A DNA stretch of 64,000 bases from Nitrosopumilus sp. (GCA_965218695.1 OZ244651.1:1696001-1760000), one strand, 5' to 3'; counted from the stretch's first letter, positions 27,890 through 38,838 are shown. The notes: generated by a model from the letters alone, not told the origin. Made by a program: numbers and translations.

Positions 27890-28726
27890 ATGAAGGATAC
27901 TGTAATCGGCATTACAGTGATAGGCAAGGACAGGGGCGGAATCGTTGCCGCGTTTACAAACTTTGTCTTCTTTAGGGGCGGAAACATCCAGAAGATAAAC
28001 CAGAACGTCTACAACGACCTCTTTGGCATGTACCTGGAGACCTCGTTTGCAAGGCCCATCGACGTCAAAAAGTTTGATGCAGACATCCAGGAGATGGCCA
28101 AACAGGAGAGGATGGAGGTCAGCACCCAGCACGTGACGGACTCGAAGGCAAACATTGCAATATTTGTCACAAGGGAGCCGCACTGCCTGGATGCCATCCT
28201 GAAGAGCTCCGGGTCGCTAAAGGGAGTGATTTCGATAATTATCGGCACAGAGGACACGCTTGCGCCAAAGGCTGCAAAGGCAGGCATTCCGTTTGTGGCG
28301 ATTGGGAACAAGAACCAGCAGGAGGCAGAGGACAGGATCCTCCAGGTGTGCAAAAAGCATGCCATTGATCTGATTGTTCTGGCAAGATACATGAGGATCC
28401 TGACGCCAAGCTTTGTCTGGCGGTATCCCAACAGGATCATCAACATTCATCCGTCGCTGCTGCCTGCGTTTCGCGGCGCATCGGCATACTCGCAGGCCTT
28501 TGAGAGGGGGACAAAGGTTGTGGGCGTGACATGCCACTACGTTACAGAGAGTCTGGATCAGGGACCGATAATACTCCAGGACGTCTTTCAGGTGGAGCCG
28601 GAAGACACCCTGGAGAGGATAAAGTCGAAGGGACAGAGGCTGGAGGCAAGGACTCTTCTCAAGGCCACCAAGATGCACCTTGAGAACAAACTGGATGTAC
28701 GCTGGAGAAAGGTCCACATCAAGTGA
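27890..28726 (+). CDS. purU: Formyltetrahydrofolate deformylase
   Basis: N-terminal ACT domain; VLARYMRIL, INIHPSLLPAF.GA, LDQGPII. Confidence 0.93.
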   Translation: MKDTVIGITVIGKDRGGIVAAFTNFVFFRGGNIQKINQNVYNDLFGMYLETSFARPIDVKKFDADIQEMAKQERMEVSTQHVTDSKANIAIFVTREPHCLDAILKSSGSLKGVISIIIGTEDTLAPKAAKAGIPFVAIGNKNQQEAEDRILQVCKKHAIDLIVLARYMRILTPSFVWRYPNRIINIHPSLLPAFRGASAYSQAFERGTKVVGVTCHYVTESLDQGPIILQDVFQVEPEDTLERIKSKGQRLEARTLLKATKMHLENKLDVRWRKVHIK

Positions 28727-29469
28727 GTCAGATGCAGGAGATTAGAACCAGAACCGATCCCGGCATCAGAAGAACCATCAGTGCCGGGAACCACACTGCA
28801 GTCATTCCGGTGGGCTCCACGGAGCAGCACGGCCCCCACCTGCCTGTATCGACTGACTCGGATATCGCAGGGGAGGTGGCAAGAAGGATCGCAGAGAGGA
28901 ACAGGTACCTCCTGTGCCCGGTTCTGACGTACGGCGTCTCCTTTGAGCACGCGCCGCTGTTTCATCTGAGCGTCAGGAAATCGACGCTGCGCCGCGTCCT
29001 GACTGACCTGTGTTCGTCGCTCCTCTCAAACGGGGTGGAGACAGTCTTTGTGATAAACGGGCATCACGGAAACCAGGACGCCATAAGGGACGTGGGAAGG
29101 CACATGGGTGCAGCCTCAGACGGGAGGCTCAGTGTGCACACATTCTCATACTGGCACTTCATGGAGGGGGATTTTGACCATGCCGGGTTTGTCGAGACCT
29201 CGCTGATGCTGGCAGTGTCAGACAGGGTCAGAATGGGGCTGGCCCGAAAGGGGCTGGTCACAGACGGCATGACAGACAGGGAGATCCAAAGGATCGGACG
29301 GCTGGCCCAAAAGTCTTTCCCGGAGGCCACAGGAAACGGGATCTGGGGCGATCCGACGCGTGCCACAAGGCAGGACGGGCAGAGAATCCTCAGGGAGATA
29401 GTCAGGAACCTTGGCAAAAAGTGCCAAGAATGCCTTGCAGGCCAAAGCCAAAGGTCAAATTTAATATAA
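28723..29469 (+). CDS. Creatininase/ArfB family amidohydrolase
   Basis: PVGSTEQHGPHLP..TD, NGHHGN, HAGFVETS. Confidence 0.9.
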   Translation: MSQMQEIRTRTDPGIRRTISAGNHTAVIPVGSTEQHGPHLPVSTDSDIAGEVARRIAERNRYLLCPVLTYGVSFEHAPLFHLSVRKSTLRRVLTDLCSSLLSNGVETVFVINGHHGNQDAIRDVGRHMGAASDGRLSVHTFSYWHFMEGDFDHAGFVETSLMLAVSDRVRMGLARKGLVTDGMTDREIQRIGRLAQKSFPEATGNGIWGDPTRATRQDGQRILREIVRNLGKKCQECLAGQSQRSNLI

Positions 29470-29500
29470 TGCCTCGACGCCAAGACAGTGAGTGAGATAG

Positions 29501-29737
29501 ATGTCTGTTGATATGGCCGTTAAGGTATTGGATGAGAGCATAAACGAAGTGGTACTCATAAAACTCAAGGGAAACAAGACGATCAGAGGCAATCTTCTTG
29601 GATTTGACCAGCACATGAATCTGCTACTTGACTATTCAGAAGACATTCCTGCCCAAGGCGAGCCAAAGGGCTTGGGGACCATCGTAGTCAGGGGCGACAA
29701 CGTAGTCATGATATCCCCTCCGCCCCCGCAGAGATAG
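29501..29737 (+). CDS. Sm-like (Lsm) RNA-binding protein
   Basis: [16 protein letters not shown]; next to rpl37e as is usual in archaea. Confidence 0.95.
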   Translation: MSVDMAVKVLDESINEVVLIKLKGNKTIRGNLLGFDQHMNLLLDYSEDIPAQGEPKGLGTIVVRGDNVVMISPPPPQR

Positions 29738-29746
29738 GTGGTCTGG

Positions 29747-29914
29747 ATGGTCAAAGGCACAACTTCCATGGGGGGTTTTACAAAAAAGAAGGTTCACATC
29801 AGATGCAGGAGATGCGGCAAGAATTCACTCCACAAACGCCACCACAAATGCGCAAGCTGTGGGTTCCCCGATGCCAAACGCAGAAAATATTCCTGGATTA
29901 AATGGTACACATAG
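29747..29914 (+). CDS. rpl37e: 50S ribosomal protein L37e
   Basis: Manual translation [55 protein letters not shown] (below ORF-track cutoff). Confidence 0.96.
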   Translation: MVKGTTSMGGFTKKKVHIRCRRCGKNSLHKRHHKCASCGFPDAKRRKYSWIKWYT

Positions 29915-30895
29915 ATGCAGGAGATTGCGATTATTCTCGGTTCGCTAGCTGGAGTGGCCACAGCAGCGGCTGCCATACGAATCGCCCCCAAGGGTAACGG
30001 CGTGCCTGACGGCCCGCAGAACACAGGCGAGTCAAGATATCTGGAGATCGAAAGGGACATTCTTACCAAGACGATTGCGAGGCTGTACGAGGCAGACGCC
30101 GGGCTTACCAAGGGCCAGAGGAACAGTCTCCTGATCAAGTACCAGCACCGGTTGGAGACCATACAGCTCAAGATACAGAGGCTAAAGCATACAGGCAGCA
30201 GCAAGGAGACAGACGAAGGCGTAAGCAACCTGATGATCAGGATGGATGAAAAGCTCTCCAGACTGGATGAAAGGATCCACGAGCTGTCATCAAGCATGGC
30301 AGAGACCAGGGAGAGGCTGCTCCAGGAGACACGGGCCAGAAGGCAGATACAGGAGCCTCTTCCCCCAGGCGTGCCTGCCAGAACAATACCTGTTGAGGCA
30401 CCGGCAGGCATTCCAGTAACATCGTTGCCCGAGGCGCCAGTCGGCATACCCGAAGACATTCCAGCAACGCCATTGCCCGAGGCGCCGGTTGTAATGCCTG
30501 CAGGCACAGATGATGGTGGTGGTGGTGATGGTGATGTCAAGACAAACGACCCGGCCAGAGCAGGCAGCATCTCAAAGGAGGTGCCGCCGCATCCAAGGGG
30601 TCAGGAGATAAGACCCCTGCCAAAGCCGAAGAAGATCGATGCCGAGGTGGAACCAAAAAAGGAACAGACCGCCCAGACTGTAGCAAGCCGCAAAAGCAAG
30701 ACTGATGCCAAGACGGCAACCCCCGAAGAAGGCGCCGTGGACAAGGCAACCCCCGATACGCCGCTGGCATCCCAGACAAGCATACCGGAGCTGGAGGAAC
30801 CAAGCGATGATATTGACGATGCAGAGGAGCTCAAAAAGATCAAGGACGACATCAACAAGGCCCTGACAAAGCTTGCCCAGACAGAGGTGGAATAG
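29915..30895 (+). CDS. Membrane-anchored coiled-coil protein with Pro-rich linker
   Basis: N-terminal TM, coiled coil, IP..LPEAPV repeats, C-terminal KALTKLAQTEVE. Confidence 0.75.
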   Translation: MQEIAIILGSLAGVATAAAAIRIAPKGNGVPDGPQNTGESRYLEIERDILTKTIARLYEADAGLTKGQRNSLLIKYQHRLETIQLKIQRLKHTGSSKETDEGVSNLMIRMDEKLSRLDERIHELSSSMAETRERLLQETRARRQIQEPLPPGVPARTIPVEAPAGIPVTSLPEAPVGIPEDIPATPLPEAPVVMPAGTDDGGGGDGDVKTNDPARAGSISKEVPPHPRGQEIRPLPKPKKIDAEVEPKKEQTAQTVASRKSKTDAKTATPEEGAVDKATPDTPLASQTSIPELEEPSDDIDDAEELKKIKDDINKALTKLAQTEVE

Positions 30896-31573
30896 ATGTC
30901 GTCCTATGATGAGGCCATAAGGGCGGTGGCAGACGATGCGCTAAAACACGTCAGGGAGAGATTCGTCGTGGGACTGGGAAGCGGAAGGGCCGCAGCCGCG
31001 CTGGTAAGGTCGCTTGCAGAACGGAACAAAAAGGAGGATCTGCATGTCGTGGGGGTTCCAACCTCGCTTCAAATCAAGATGGTTGCAAGGGACTGCGGCA
31101 TGCCACTAACCGAGGCAGACCAGGTGGACGACATCGACGTGGTGTTTGACGGCGCAGACCAGATTGATTCTGAAGGGTTTGTAATCAAGGGCGGAGGGGG
31201 CGCCCTGCTGCGCGAGAACATCCTGTTCAGCCTTGCAAAAAAGGTCGTGGTAATGGCAGACGAGACAAAGTTTGTAGAGGATCTCTGCAGGGAGGTCCCA
31301 GTGGAGGTTCACCCGCTTGCAAGGACGACGGTAGAAAACTCCATTGCCGAGCTTGACGGAAGCGCGGCCCTCCGTACGCTTGAGAGGGGGTATCCGTTCT
31401 TTACAGAGAACGGCAACATAATTCTGGACTGCGATTTTGGCACCATAGTGGATCCGGCAGTCCTGACCCAGAGGATCAAAAGCATACCGGGGGTCATGGA
31501 GTCAGGCATATTCCTGAGGAGGCCGGATGTAATCTACAGGGCCGGAACAGACGGCAAGTTTGACGTGCTCTAG
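30896..31573 (+). CDS. rpiA: Ribose-5-phosphate isomerase A
   Basis: GLGSG, DGADQ, IKGGGGALLRE. Confidence 0.95.
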   Translation: MSSYDEAIRAVADDALKHVRERFVVGLGSGRAAAALVRSLAERNKKEDLHVVGVPTSLQIKMVARDCGMPLTEADQVDDIDVVFDGADQIDSEGFVIKGGGGALLRENILFSLAKKVVVMADETKFVEDLCREVPVEVHPLARTTVENSIAELDGSAALRTLERGYPFFTENGNIILDCDFGTIVDPAVLTQRIKSIPGVMESGIFLRRPDVIYRAGTDGKFDVL

Positions 31574-31633
31574 GTTCAGGCAGTCGGCGTAGCGCCCAGA
31601 CATAGCGACGACCTTGAATCCCCTGCAACCCAC

Positions 31634-32701
31634 TCAGGTCACAAACAAGAACCTGTCCTCCTGCCATCCCTCCTGCAGCCTGCCCTCTATCGGGATTCGG
31701 TTCCCGCAGAACGCGCAGCAGTTGTTCTGATCAAGGTTCCACTGCCTTATCCTGAACCCGTACCTGTTGACTACCACGTTCTGGCATTCGGCGCAGTAGG
31801 TATGCTCAAGTTTGTGGCCCGGGGTGTTTCCCAGGTAGACGTACCGGAGACCCTCCTCTTTTGCAACATCATAGTGCCTCTCAAGGGTCTCAACGGGAGT
31901 GCTCGGATACTCCATCATCTTGTAGTCCGGGTGAAACCTCAGGAAATGAATGGGCATCTCTGGCCCGAATTCGTCATAGATGAATTTTGAGAGTTTCCTT
32001 GCATGCTCCAGGTCATCGCCTGCACCAGGCACGATAAGATCGGTGATCTCCACGTGAATGCTCGTCTTGTCGCGTATCTCCAGCAGGGTGTCAAAGATTG
32101 GCTGCGGGTCAGGCACCCCGATGAATCTTCGCGTAAACTCCTTTTCTGCGCTGCCCTTAAAGTCAACGGTGATGCCGTCAAGGAACTGGTCCATCATGGA
32201 CACGGATTCCGGGGTGTCGTACCCGTTTGAGACGAATACGTTGAAGAGTCCCCTCTTTCTTGCCTCGATCCCGCAGTCGCGCGCAAACTCGATGAATATG
32301 GAGGGCTCGTTGTACGTGTACGCTATGCCGTGGGCGCCGTGTTTTGCGGCAGTCTCTGCCACCTGGACAGGGGTCATGTCGTTGCCCTCGACCTTTCTTC
32401 GCTGGCTGATGTCAGAGTTCTGGCAGTACCGGCAGAGCCAGTTGCATCCGGTGGTTGCAATGGAGTAGATCCGGCTTCCCGGATAGTAGTGTGTAAGGGG
32501 CTTCTTCTCGATGGGATCAATGTGGCCCGAGATCACCTTGCCGTACGCATAAAGCTGTAGCCTGCCGTCCTCGTTCCCCCTTATCCCGCAGAGGCCGATC
32601 TGCCCCTTGCCTATATCGCACAGCCTTGCACACGCCGTGCACTGCACCCTATCGTTTGGGAGCTTACGGTACAGTTCGGCCTCCTTTCCAGGTATACTCA
32701 A
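31634..32701 (-). CDS. amrS: AmmeMemoRadiSam system radical SAM enzyme
   Basis: DPIEKKPL.H, CNWLCRYC, YTYNEP. Confidence 0.93.
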   Translation of the reverse strand: MSIPGKEAELYRKLPNDRVQCTACARLCDIGKGQIGLCGIRGNEDGRLQLYAYGKVISGHIDPIEKKPLTHYYPGSRIYSIATTGCNWLCRYCQNSDISQRRKVEGNDMTPVQVAETAAKHGAHGIAYTYNEPSIFIEFARDCGIEARKRGLFNVFVSNGYDTPESVSMMDQFLDGITVDFKGSAEKEFTRRFIGVPDPQPIFDTLLEIRDKTSIHVEITDLIVPGAGDDLEHARKLSKFIYDEFGPEMPIHFLRFHPDYKMMEYPSTPVETLERHYDVAKEEGLRYVYLGNTPGHKLEHTYCAECQNVVVNRYGFRIRQWNLDQNNCCAFCGNRIPIEGRLQEGWQEDRFLFVT

Positions 32702-32734
32702 TGTTTTTTATGGCTACTGTGCATATTTAACAGT

Positions 32735-33376
32735 GTGACAGAACCTGCAGACCTCTCAGACGAACAAGGGGCGGAGCTGGTAATTGCCGCACGGAGGATC
32801 GTTGCGGAGTTTCTGGGGGGGAACCAGAAAAGAAGAGGAGATGATGATGATGATGGCAAGTTTGACTCCAGGTTTGGCTTTCACGCCGGAGTCTTTGTGA
32901 CGCTGAACAGGAACGGCTCCTTGAGGGGGTGCATCGGGTACCCTCTCCCGTCAATGAGGCTGTGTGACGGACTCGCAGAGGCTGCAGTCTCGGCTGCAAC
33001 CAAAGACCCCAGGTTCAGCCCGGTGACACCAGGCGAGTTGGACACGATCACATTTGAGGTGACCGTTCTCACCGCACCGGTCCGGATCGTTGCAGGGGAT
33101 CCCGAAGGGTACGTCCGGGAAGTCACGGTGGGAAGGCACGGGCTGATGGTGGAAGATGCGTTCTCGTCTGGGCTGCTGCTCCCGCAGGTTCCTGCAGAGT
33201 ACGGATGGGATGCAGAAGAGTTTCTGGCCCACACCTGCATCAAGGCAGGACTTGACAGGGACGCATGGAAGGACCGCTCCACCAGGGTCTCAAGGTTTGA
33301 GGGGGTGATATTCAAAGAAGAGTCCCCCGGAGGCAGAATAACCAGGGAGCCGCCCGGCTGGGGGACATCAGAGTGA
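32735..33376 (+). CDS. amrA: AmmeMemoRadiSam protein A (AMMECR1 domain)
   Basis: GVFVTL...LRGCIG, DPRF, GLLLPQV. Confidence 0.93.
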   Translation: MTEPADLSDEQGAELVIAARRIVAEFLGGNQKRRGDDDDDGKFDSRFGFHAGVFVTLNRNGSLRGCIGYPLPSMRLCDGLAEAAVSAATKDPRFSPVTPGELDTITFEVTVLTAPVRIVAGDPEGYVREVTVGRHGLMVEDAFSSGLLLPQVPAEYGWDAEEFLAHTCIKAGLDRDAWKDRSTRVSRFEGVIFKEESPGGRITREPPGWGTSE

Positions 33377-34218
33377 CTGCACTCAAAAGACCGGCAGTCG
33401 TCGCAGGACAGTTCTATCCGGAAAAGGCAGAGGACCTGGAGGCCATGATAGCATCGTGCAGTATGCACAGGTGCGGCCCCGGCAGGCAGCAGGCAGACGA
33501 CGGCAGGAGGGTGTACGGGGTGGTAAGCCCCCATGCAGGCTACATGTACTCCGGACCCACCGCATGCCACGCTTACAGGGCCATATCGCTGCAGGAGCCG
33601 GAGCTTGTAGTCATTGTGGGGCCGAACCACTACGGCATAGGAAGGGATGCGGCGACCATGACAGATGCAGAATGGGAGACGCCGCTGGGGATGGTCAGGG
33701 TGGACTCGGATTCTGCAAGGAGCCTGTCAGGCATATCAGGTACCGTCGAGATCGACTACCACTCCCATTCCAGGGATCACAGCCTTGAGGTCCAGATACC
33801 CATGTTGCAGTCCACGTTCCCAGGGGGGTTTGAGATTCTTCCGATAATCCTGAAATCGCAGGACCGCGACACGGCAGAGGATGTCGGGGTGGCCATATCA
33901 GAGGTTGTAGCAAAGAGGAAGAAGAATACAGTCATCGTCGCCTCGTCTGATTTTACCCACTACGAGGAGCAGTCCTTTGCCCGCATGCAGGACATGGCCC
34001 TGATCAAGCCCATACTGGACATGGACGTGGAGGCATTCTATGACGTGCTGGAAAGAAAGAGGGTGTCTGCATGCGGGTACGGGGCCATCGCATCGGCCAT
34101 GACTGCATGCAGGAGGCTTGGCGCAACAAGGGGCGTTCTGTTGGGGTATGCCACAAGCGGGGACGTGTCGGGGGATACCGAATCCGTGGTGGGGTACGGC
34201 GCGATAAAGTTTGTCTGA
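33373..34218 (+). CDS. amrB: AmmeMemoRadiSam protein B (MEMO1 family)
   Basis: AGQFYP, PHAGYMYSG, DHSLEVQ, ASSDFTHY, CGYG. Confidence 0.93.
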   Translation: MTALKRPAVVAGQFYPEKAEDLEAMIASCSMHRCGPGRQQADDGRRVYGVVSPHAGYMYSGPTACHAYRAISLQEPELVVIVGPNHYGIGRDAATMTDAEWETPLGMVRVDSDSARSLSGISGTVEIDYHSHSRDHSLEVQIPMLQSTFPGGFEILPIILKSQDRDTAEDVGVAISEVVAKRKKNTVIVASSDFTHYEEQSFARMQDMALIKPILDMDVEAFYDVLERKRVSACGYGAIASAMTACRRLGATRGVLLGYATSGDVSGDTESVVGYGAIKFV

Positions 34219-34261
34219 GGCGTCTGCTGCCGTCGTGCCGGAGAATCAGGCAGGAGGAGGG

Positions 34262-35665
34262 CTATCCTGAAGGCGTTTCTGCCTGACGCGTTATCAGGCT
34301 GCCGTATCCTGGACGCCCGATCACCTCAAAGTCTTCGGCGACTGTCTCCCCGCGCACGATCGTCTTAACGGGCCATCCCCTGAGGACCATTCCCTCGTAC
34401 ACAGCATAGTCTGAGAACCCCCCGAACAGATCAGAGGTTACCTTCTTTTCCATCCTCAAGTCGATCATGGCAATGTCTGCATCCGATCCCTTCCGGATTG
34501 CCCCCTTGCGCGGATACATGTTGAATATACGGGATGCATTGTAGCTTGTAACCCTTACAAACTGCTCCAAGGTGATCCTGTTCCGGTTGACGCCGTCGTT
34601 GAGCAGTATGGGAATGATCGTTCCGATGCCGGGGAATCCTGCCAGGGCCCCCCACACGTCATCGCCTCCCAGCTTGAGCCTGAGTCTGTTGGCGACATGG
34701 TCAGTACCCACGGTGTCAACGAGATTCCCGGACAGCGCGCCCCAGACTGCCCTCTGGTCCTCCAGCGTCCTGATCGGCGGCATGACCTTGGCAAGGTATC
34801 CATTCTGAGTCTCGTGTGAGAGGGTCAGGTAGTGCGGGCATGTCTCCACAAATATCTTGGTGCCAAGCCGCCGCTCCTCCTGAATCTGTGCAAGCGCCCT
34901 TGCCGATCCCACATGGACAAAGTAGATGACGCATCCGTGCCTCCGCCCAAACTCTGAGACTGTCCGTATCGCCTTTGCCTCAGACTCTGGAGATCTGCTG
35001 TGCGACCATGCCGACAGCCCGTCCTGCTTCTTCTCCTGCGCGATCCTGATTCCGCACCCGCACGACTCGTAGTCCTCGGCATGAACCAACACCGGACAGC
35101 CAAGGGATGCGGCAGCCATCACGGTCTTTTCCACTATCGCATCGGTAACCTCCACCTGTGCTGCCACGAGCCCGGAGGATCCAGGCGGCATGTCCATGTA
35201 GACATGGCCCACCTCGCCGCCCAGGTTCATGTAAATTTTAAACGACGTGATTCCCCTCTCAACGCAGAATCCCATCTGGCTGATCTGCGCGTCGTTGAAG
35301 ACAGACGCGTGGAGGGCATAATCGATGTGGTGGTTTCTGGAGGAGGCATCAAGCTGGGCAGGAAGGGCATCGCGGAACGGGCCGCCCAGCCTCAGCATTC
35401 TCATCATGGTGGTTATGCCCCCGATTGCCGCAGCGTGCGACTCGGTCTGGGCAGCCTGGTCAATCGGGGAGTAGACGCCGTAGTGTACGTGCGTGTCTAT
35501 CGGGCCGGGAACAGAGACCAGTCCGCGGCCGTTGATCTTGCGATCGCATGGGGGCACGTCGCTTGAGATGCCGACTATCCTCCCCCCGTCAATTATGATG
35601 TTCTTGTCGACCATGCCGTCTGGCAGCATGACATGCGAGTCGACGATCACAGCATCATGGGTCAT
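34262..35665 (-). CDS. Dihydroorotase/hydantoinase-family cyclic amidohydrolase
   Basis: PGPIDTHVH, GGITT, FKIYM, ETCPHYL, GTDH; start MTHDAV. Confidence 0.88.
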   Translation of the reverse strand: MTHDAVIVDSHVMLPDGMVDKNIIIDGGRIVGISSDVPPCDRKINGRGLVSVPGPIDTHVHYGVYSPIDQAAQTESHAAAIGGITTMMRMLRLGGPFRDALPAQLDASSRNHHIDYALHASVFNDAQISQMGFCVERGITSFKIYMNLGGEVGHVYMDMPPGSSGLVAAQVEVTDAIVEKTVMAAASLGCPVLVHAEDYESCGCGIRIAQEKKQDGLSAWSHSRSPESEAKAIRTVSEFGRRHGCVIYFVHVGSARALAQIQEERRLGTKIFVETCPHYLTLSHETQNGYLAKVMPPIRTLEDQRAVWGALSGNLVDTVGTDHVANRLRLKLGGDDVWGALAGFPGIGTIIPILLNDGVNRNRITLEQFVRVTSYNASRIFNMYPRKGAIRKGSDADIAMIDLRMEKKVTSDLFGGFSDYAVYEGMVLRGWPVKTIVRGETVAEDFEVIGRPGYGSLITRQAETPSG

Positions 35666-35907
35666 TGGAGATTCATGCTGACTGCATGCTATTATGCGTT
35701 GAGAGGAGGGGCGGCGCATGTGGGATCCCGAAAGTAGTTCGCCCCCCTCCAAGACTTGGAGGTACTTCCATGTTTGATGTTGCCGGCTGTTGCATAATTG
35801 TCTTGTGTTGGATCCTGCGTCCGGAATCATGAATTTTTGTCATTTCCACTCCACGCATGACGACTTTCAAAAAATTGTGCGCAACATCCCCCAGGATGGG
35901 GCGCGGT

Positions 35908-36970
35908 TGTGACGTCGTGCCGGACAGCTATTCTGCGCGGTATTCCTCACCGGTCTGGCCGTCCACTACCATCTCTCCTGCAGGGGGCATCTTTCTTTCG
36001 AATGCCTGCGCCGGGGTCTCGAGGTTGTCCCAGTCAAGGGACATGTGCGGCCGGTCGTGGTTGTACCACTCCATGAACCGCTCCACGGGATCCTTTGCTG
36101 GCGCGGTGCAAAACGGCCCTCCAACGTGGGAATCCCCTGAGGCGCCGCGCCTGGTCTTGGCAGAAGATGCCGCCTCGAACCGGCGCAGCTTGCGCTGCAT
36201 CTCCCCGTGCAGGCGCTCCAGCTTGCCGTTGGTTTGGGGGTGCCGCACGCGCGCCAGTATGTGCCTGATTCCAAGCTCGACTAGCCTCTGCTCGAACCTG
36301 GAGGCTCCCTTCTTCTTGACCTCGGATTCCGTGGCATAGAACTGGGCGCCGCGGTCAGTCAGGATCGATGCGGGCTTGCCGTAATTTTTTATGGCCTCGT
36401 CGAGCACCTTCAGGGCGTTTTCGGTTGTCGCCTCCTCAAATACCCCAAATCCGGTCACGAAGCGCGAGGCGTCGTCTTCATAGCACAGGAACCACCTGCC
36501 GTCGTCAAGCTGTTTGTAGTCTGTGTGCCACATCGAGTTGGAGTGCTCGCGCTCGTAGCGGATCCACTTGCGGCGCTGGCTCTTCCTTGGCTGGGTGTCT
36601 GCAAAATCGGCATCCTTCAATATCCTGTGCAGGACGTTGTGTGGGATATGTATTCCTGTAAGCGACTTTATGATGCGCTCCAGGGACGCTGCCCCGTGGA
36701 CTGCAGTGGACGCAGCCGATAAAACCGCCGAATGATCCCGCCTCCCGGGCGCGCACTTTTTGGGCCTGCCCATGGGAGCAGGATACGCGATCCGATCCTT
36801 GTCCCTGTACCTCTTCCACAGCTTTTGGACCCAGCGGACCGACACTCCCATGCTTGCTGCAATCTCTTTGTTGCGGGAATTCTTGCGCTTTTCTTGTATG
36901 ATCCATTCGACTTTGGACTGGTCAAGCTTTTTCATCACTCGCACTCTCCGTCTTCCTATATGACGCCACA
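35908..36970 (-). mobile_element. IS481-family insertion sequence
   Basis: TGT...ACA ends, imperfect IR TGTGACGTCGT / TGTGGCGTCAT; no TSD seen. Confidence 0.7.
35928..36935 (-). CDS. IS481 transposase
   Basis: HTH; WHTDYK, LTDRGAQF, HPQTNGKLER. Confidence 0.9.
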   Translation of the reverse strand: MKKLDQSKVEWIIQEKRKNSRNKEIAASMGVSVRWVQKLWKRYRDKDRIAYPAPMGRPKKCAPGRRDHSAVLSAASTAVHGAASLERIIKSLTGIHIPHNVLHRILKDADFADTQPRKSQRRKWIRYEREHSNSMWHTDYKQLDDGRWFLCYEDDASRFVTGFGVFEEATTENALKVLDEAIKNYGKPASILTDRGAQFYATESEVKKKGASRFEQRLVELGIRHILARVRHPQTNGKLERLHGEMQRKLRRFEAASSAKTRRGASGDSHVGGPFCTAPAKDPVERFMEWYNHDRPHMSLDWDNLETPAQAFERKMPPAGEMVVDGQTGEEYRAE

Positions 36971-37243
36971 CGGCCGAGCGTCTCCACCGACGGGAAACCC
37001 ACACACCGTCGTTTCTGGTAAGGGACAGGCTGACTGCATTTCCCAGTAATCTTGCACGCGATGCCATGCCGCGGATAATGTCCTTCATTGGGCATGTCCA
37101 CCCCGGGCCGGAGCCTCATGTGGGGGGTGAACAACTTTCGGGACTATACAAGGAGGGGCGGCGCACGCCATGCATGTCCTCCATCCGGAACGGCCCTGCC
37201 TGCCAAGAAAATGATTAAAAACGCGATCCTGTGAGACTAACGG

Positions 37244-37315
37244 GGGCCGGTGGTTTAGGGGCATAATGCCTCGTTCGCAACGAGGATGTCGGGGGTTCGA
37301 TTCCCCCCCGGTCCA
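37244..37315 (+). tRNA. tRNA-Ala (CGC)
   Basis: G3-U70 pair, CCTCG-TT CGC AA-CGAGG anticodon arm, GTTCGATTC. Confidence 0.96.
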
Positions 37316-37462
37316 CCTTGGTCCCATACAGGGTTTGTGGACGCACAGGACCGGACGGGGTGTGCGCGTGGTGACCGAAGAGTGGTCTTGGTCTCAAGTT
37401 CCCCAGCCTGTGTTTCCCGGTGCCTAGAAACTATTATACGTAAACAGGAAACACCAAACTAC

Positions 37463-37819
37463 ATGGAGACGTTTGACGGCAAAAAGGCCGCACAGGAATA
37501 CATGTCAAAGCACACCTTGGCGTTTTCGACCCCGGAGCTGACGCTGATGAGGTTTGCGTTCTGGTTGGGGGACTCCGTTCCGGATCCTGACAACGCCGGA
37601 AAGGGAAGACCAAGGATGATGACATTCATGACAGAGCAGGACTTTGAGCCTGTGCTTATTGACGATGACAAGTACGAGCCCACGGGAGCCGTCCGAAGCG
37701 CGGCCGTTTACGGCAATGCCTACAAGGAGGAGAAGAGCGACGGAAGGTTCTGTTCAGAGTGCGGCGCAGGCATCTCTGCTACGGCAAAGTTCTGTCCCGA
37801 GTGCGGGACAACACAGTAA
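37463..37819 (+). CDS. Double zinc-ribbon protein
   Basis: FCSECG...KFCPECG. Confidence 0.8.
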   Translation: METFDGKKAAQEYMSKHTLAFSTPELTLMRFAFWLGDSVPDPDNAGKGRPRMMTFMTEQDFEPVLIDDDKYEPTGAVRSAAVYGNAYKEEKSDGRFCSECGAGISATAKFCPECGTTQ

Positions 37820-37897
37820 CGGATTCACGCCAAGCCTGCCGCAGATATAACAACAGAGATTATCTTCCATCCGTGCCCACGGCAACGGATCCGGTCG

Positions 37898-38440
37898 CTA
37901 AACCTTGGTGCCACACTTTGTACAGAACTTTGCCCCTGCTCTAAGATCCGCACCGCATGAGGCGCAGTTGTTGGATCCAATACTTGCAGGCTGCTGCTGT
38001 CTTGGCAACAGTGCCGGATCCGGCGAAGGCAGGGTCCCGACATCGCCAAACGACTCGGCTGCAGAGACTATTCCTGGCGGACCCCCTACAGGATTCTGTG
38101 CCGTGCCTGCCCTTGGAGGCACCCCCATTCCTCCTCCTGCCATCATTCCCGGATTGCCCATTCCGGGCATAAGGCCTGGGGATTGCGTGGTGCCGGCCTT
38201 GGATCCCATGGACTTTTTCATCTCAAACATCACCTTGATTGCCAAAAATTCCAGTGCAGAATACGCAACTACGTAATCGCCGAGTTTTTGGAAGAACTCC
38301 TTGTCAGACAGATGGCCCTTCTTGTACATGTTGTTGGTGTCCAGAAAGGATTCATAGTACCCCTGTGACTCGCTAAACAGACTGTCCAGCTTGTCAAAGA
38401 GCATGTTCAGGGTGTCTACTTCTCCAAATGACATGAACAT
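37898..38440 (-). CDS. Zinc-ribbon protein with Gly/Pro/Met-rich linker
   Basis: CASCG...KFCTKCG. Confidence 0.8.
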   Translation of the reverse strand: MFMSFGEVDTLNMLFDKLDSLFSESQGYYESFLDTNNMYKKGHLSDKEFFQKLGDYVVAYSALEFLAIKVMFEMKKSMGSKAGTTQSPGLMPGMGNPGMMAGGGMGVPPRAGTAQNPVGGPPGIVSAAESFGDVGTLPSPDPALLPRQQQPASIGSNNCASCGADLRAGAKFCTKCGTKV

Positions 38441-38838
38441 GGACAGTATTCGTGTTATTAATTACTTATGGATGGTTTTAGGTAACTGGTTAGGTTCACG
38501 ACTTGATTTTGAGGTCAACAGACAGCGAACCTAACCGTTTACGGTTTTAGTGTTGTTGCAAGTTGTAGATTCTCGCATATTCGTGCCTGCGCAAAGGCCT
38601 CGGCCGGATATGAAGGGTGTCAGCCAGTCCAAGGTGTCCCCGTTCCGGAAATCGGTGGCAAGTCCGGCGGCGACGGCCAGCACGGATGCGACGGCGACGG
38701 TGGCCGCCAGCCTAGCGACTCTCCCCTTCCCCCAAATTGGCCGGACGGCCTTACGCGGGTCATGCGTTACATGGTCTGGGTAGCAAAGTGCTACACTGCG
38801 CGATACCCGCAATATGTGACATCATATAACGGTAAATG

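Noticed and set aside
31634-34218. AmmeMemoRadiSam trio as a novel system
   Set aside because: Already a named, widespread gene trio; nothing unusual apart from a short Asp run.
35784-35890. Possible MITE (GGCTGTTGCATAATT ... AATTGTGCGCAACATCC)
   Set aside because: The inverted repeat needs gaps and no TSD is visible.
36971-37200. N-terminal extension of the IS481 transposase to 37088
   Set aside because: Lies outside the IS end at 36970; the ATG at 36935 fits better.
38531-38812. 93-aa minus-strand ORF with an Ala/Val-rich segment
   Set aside because: No recognisable family; may be a fragment disrupted by the adjacent IS ends.
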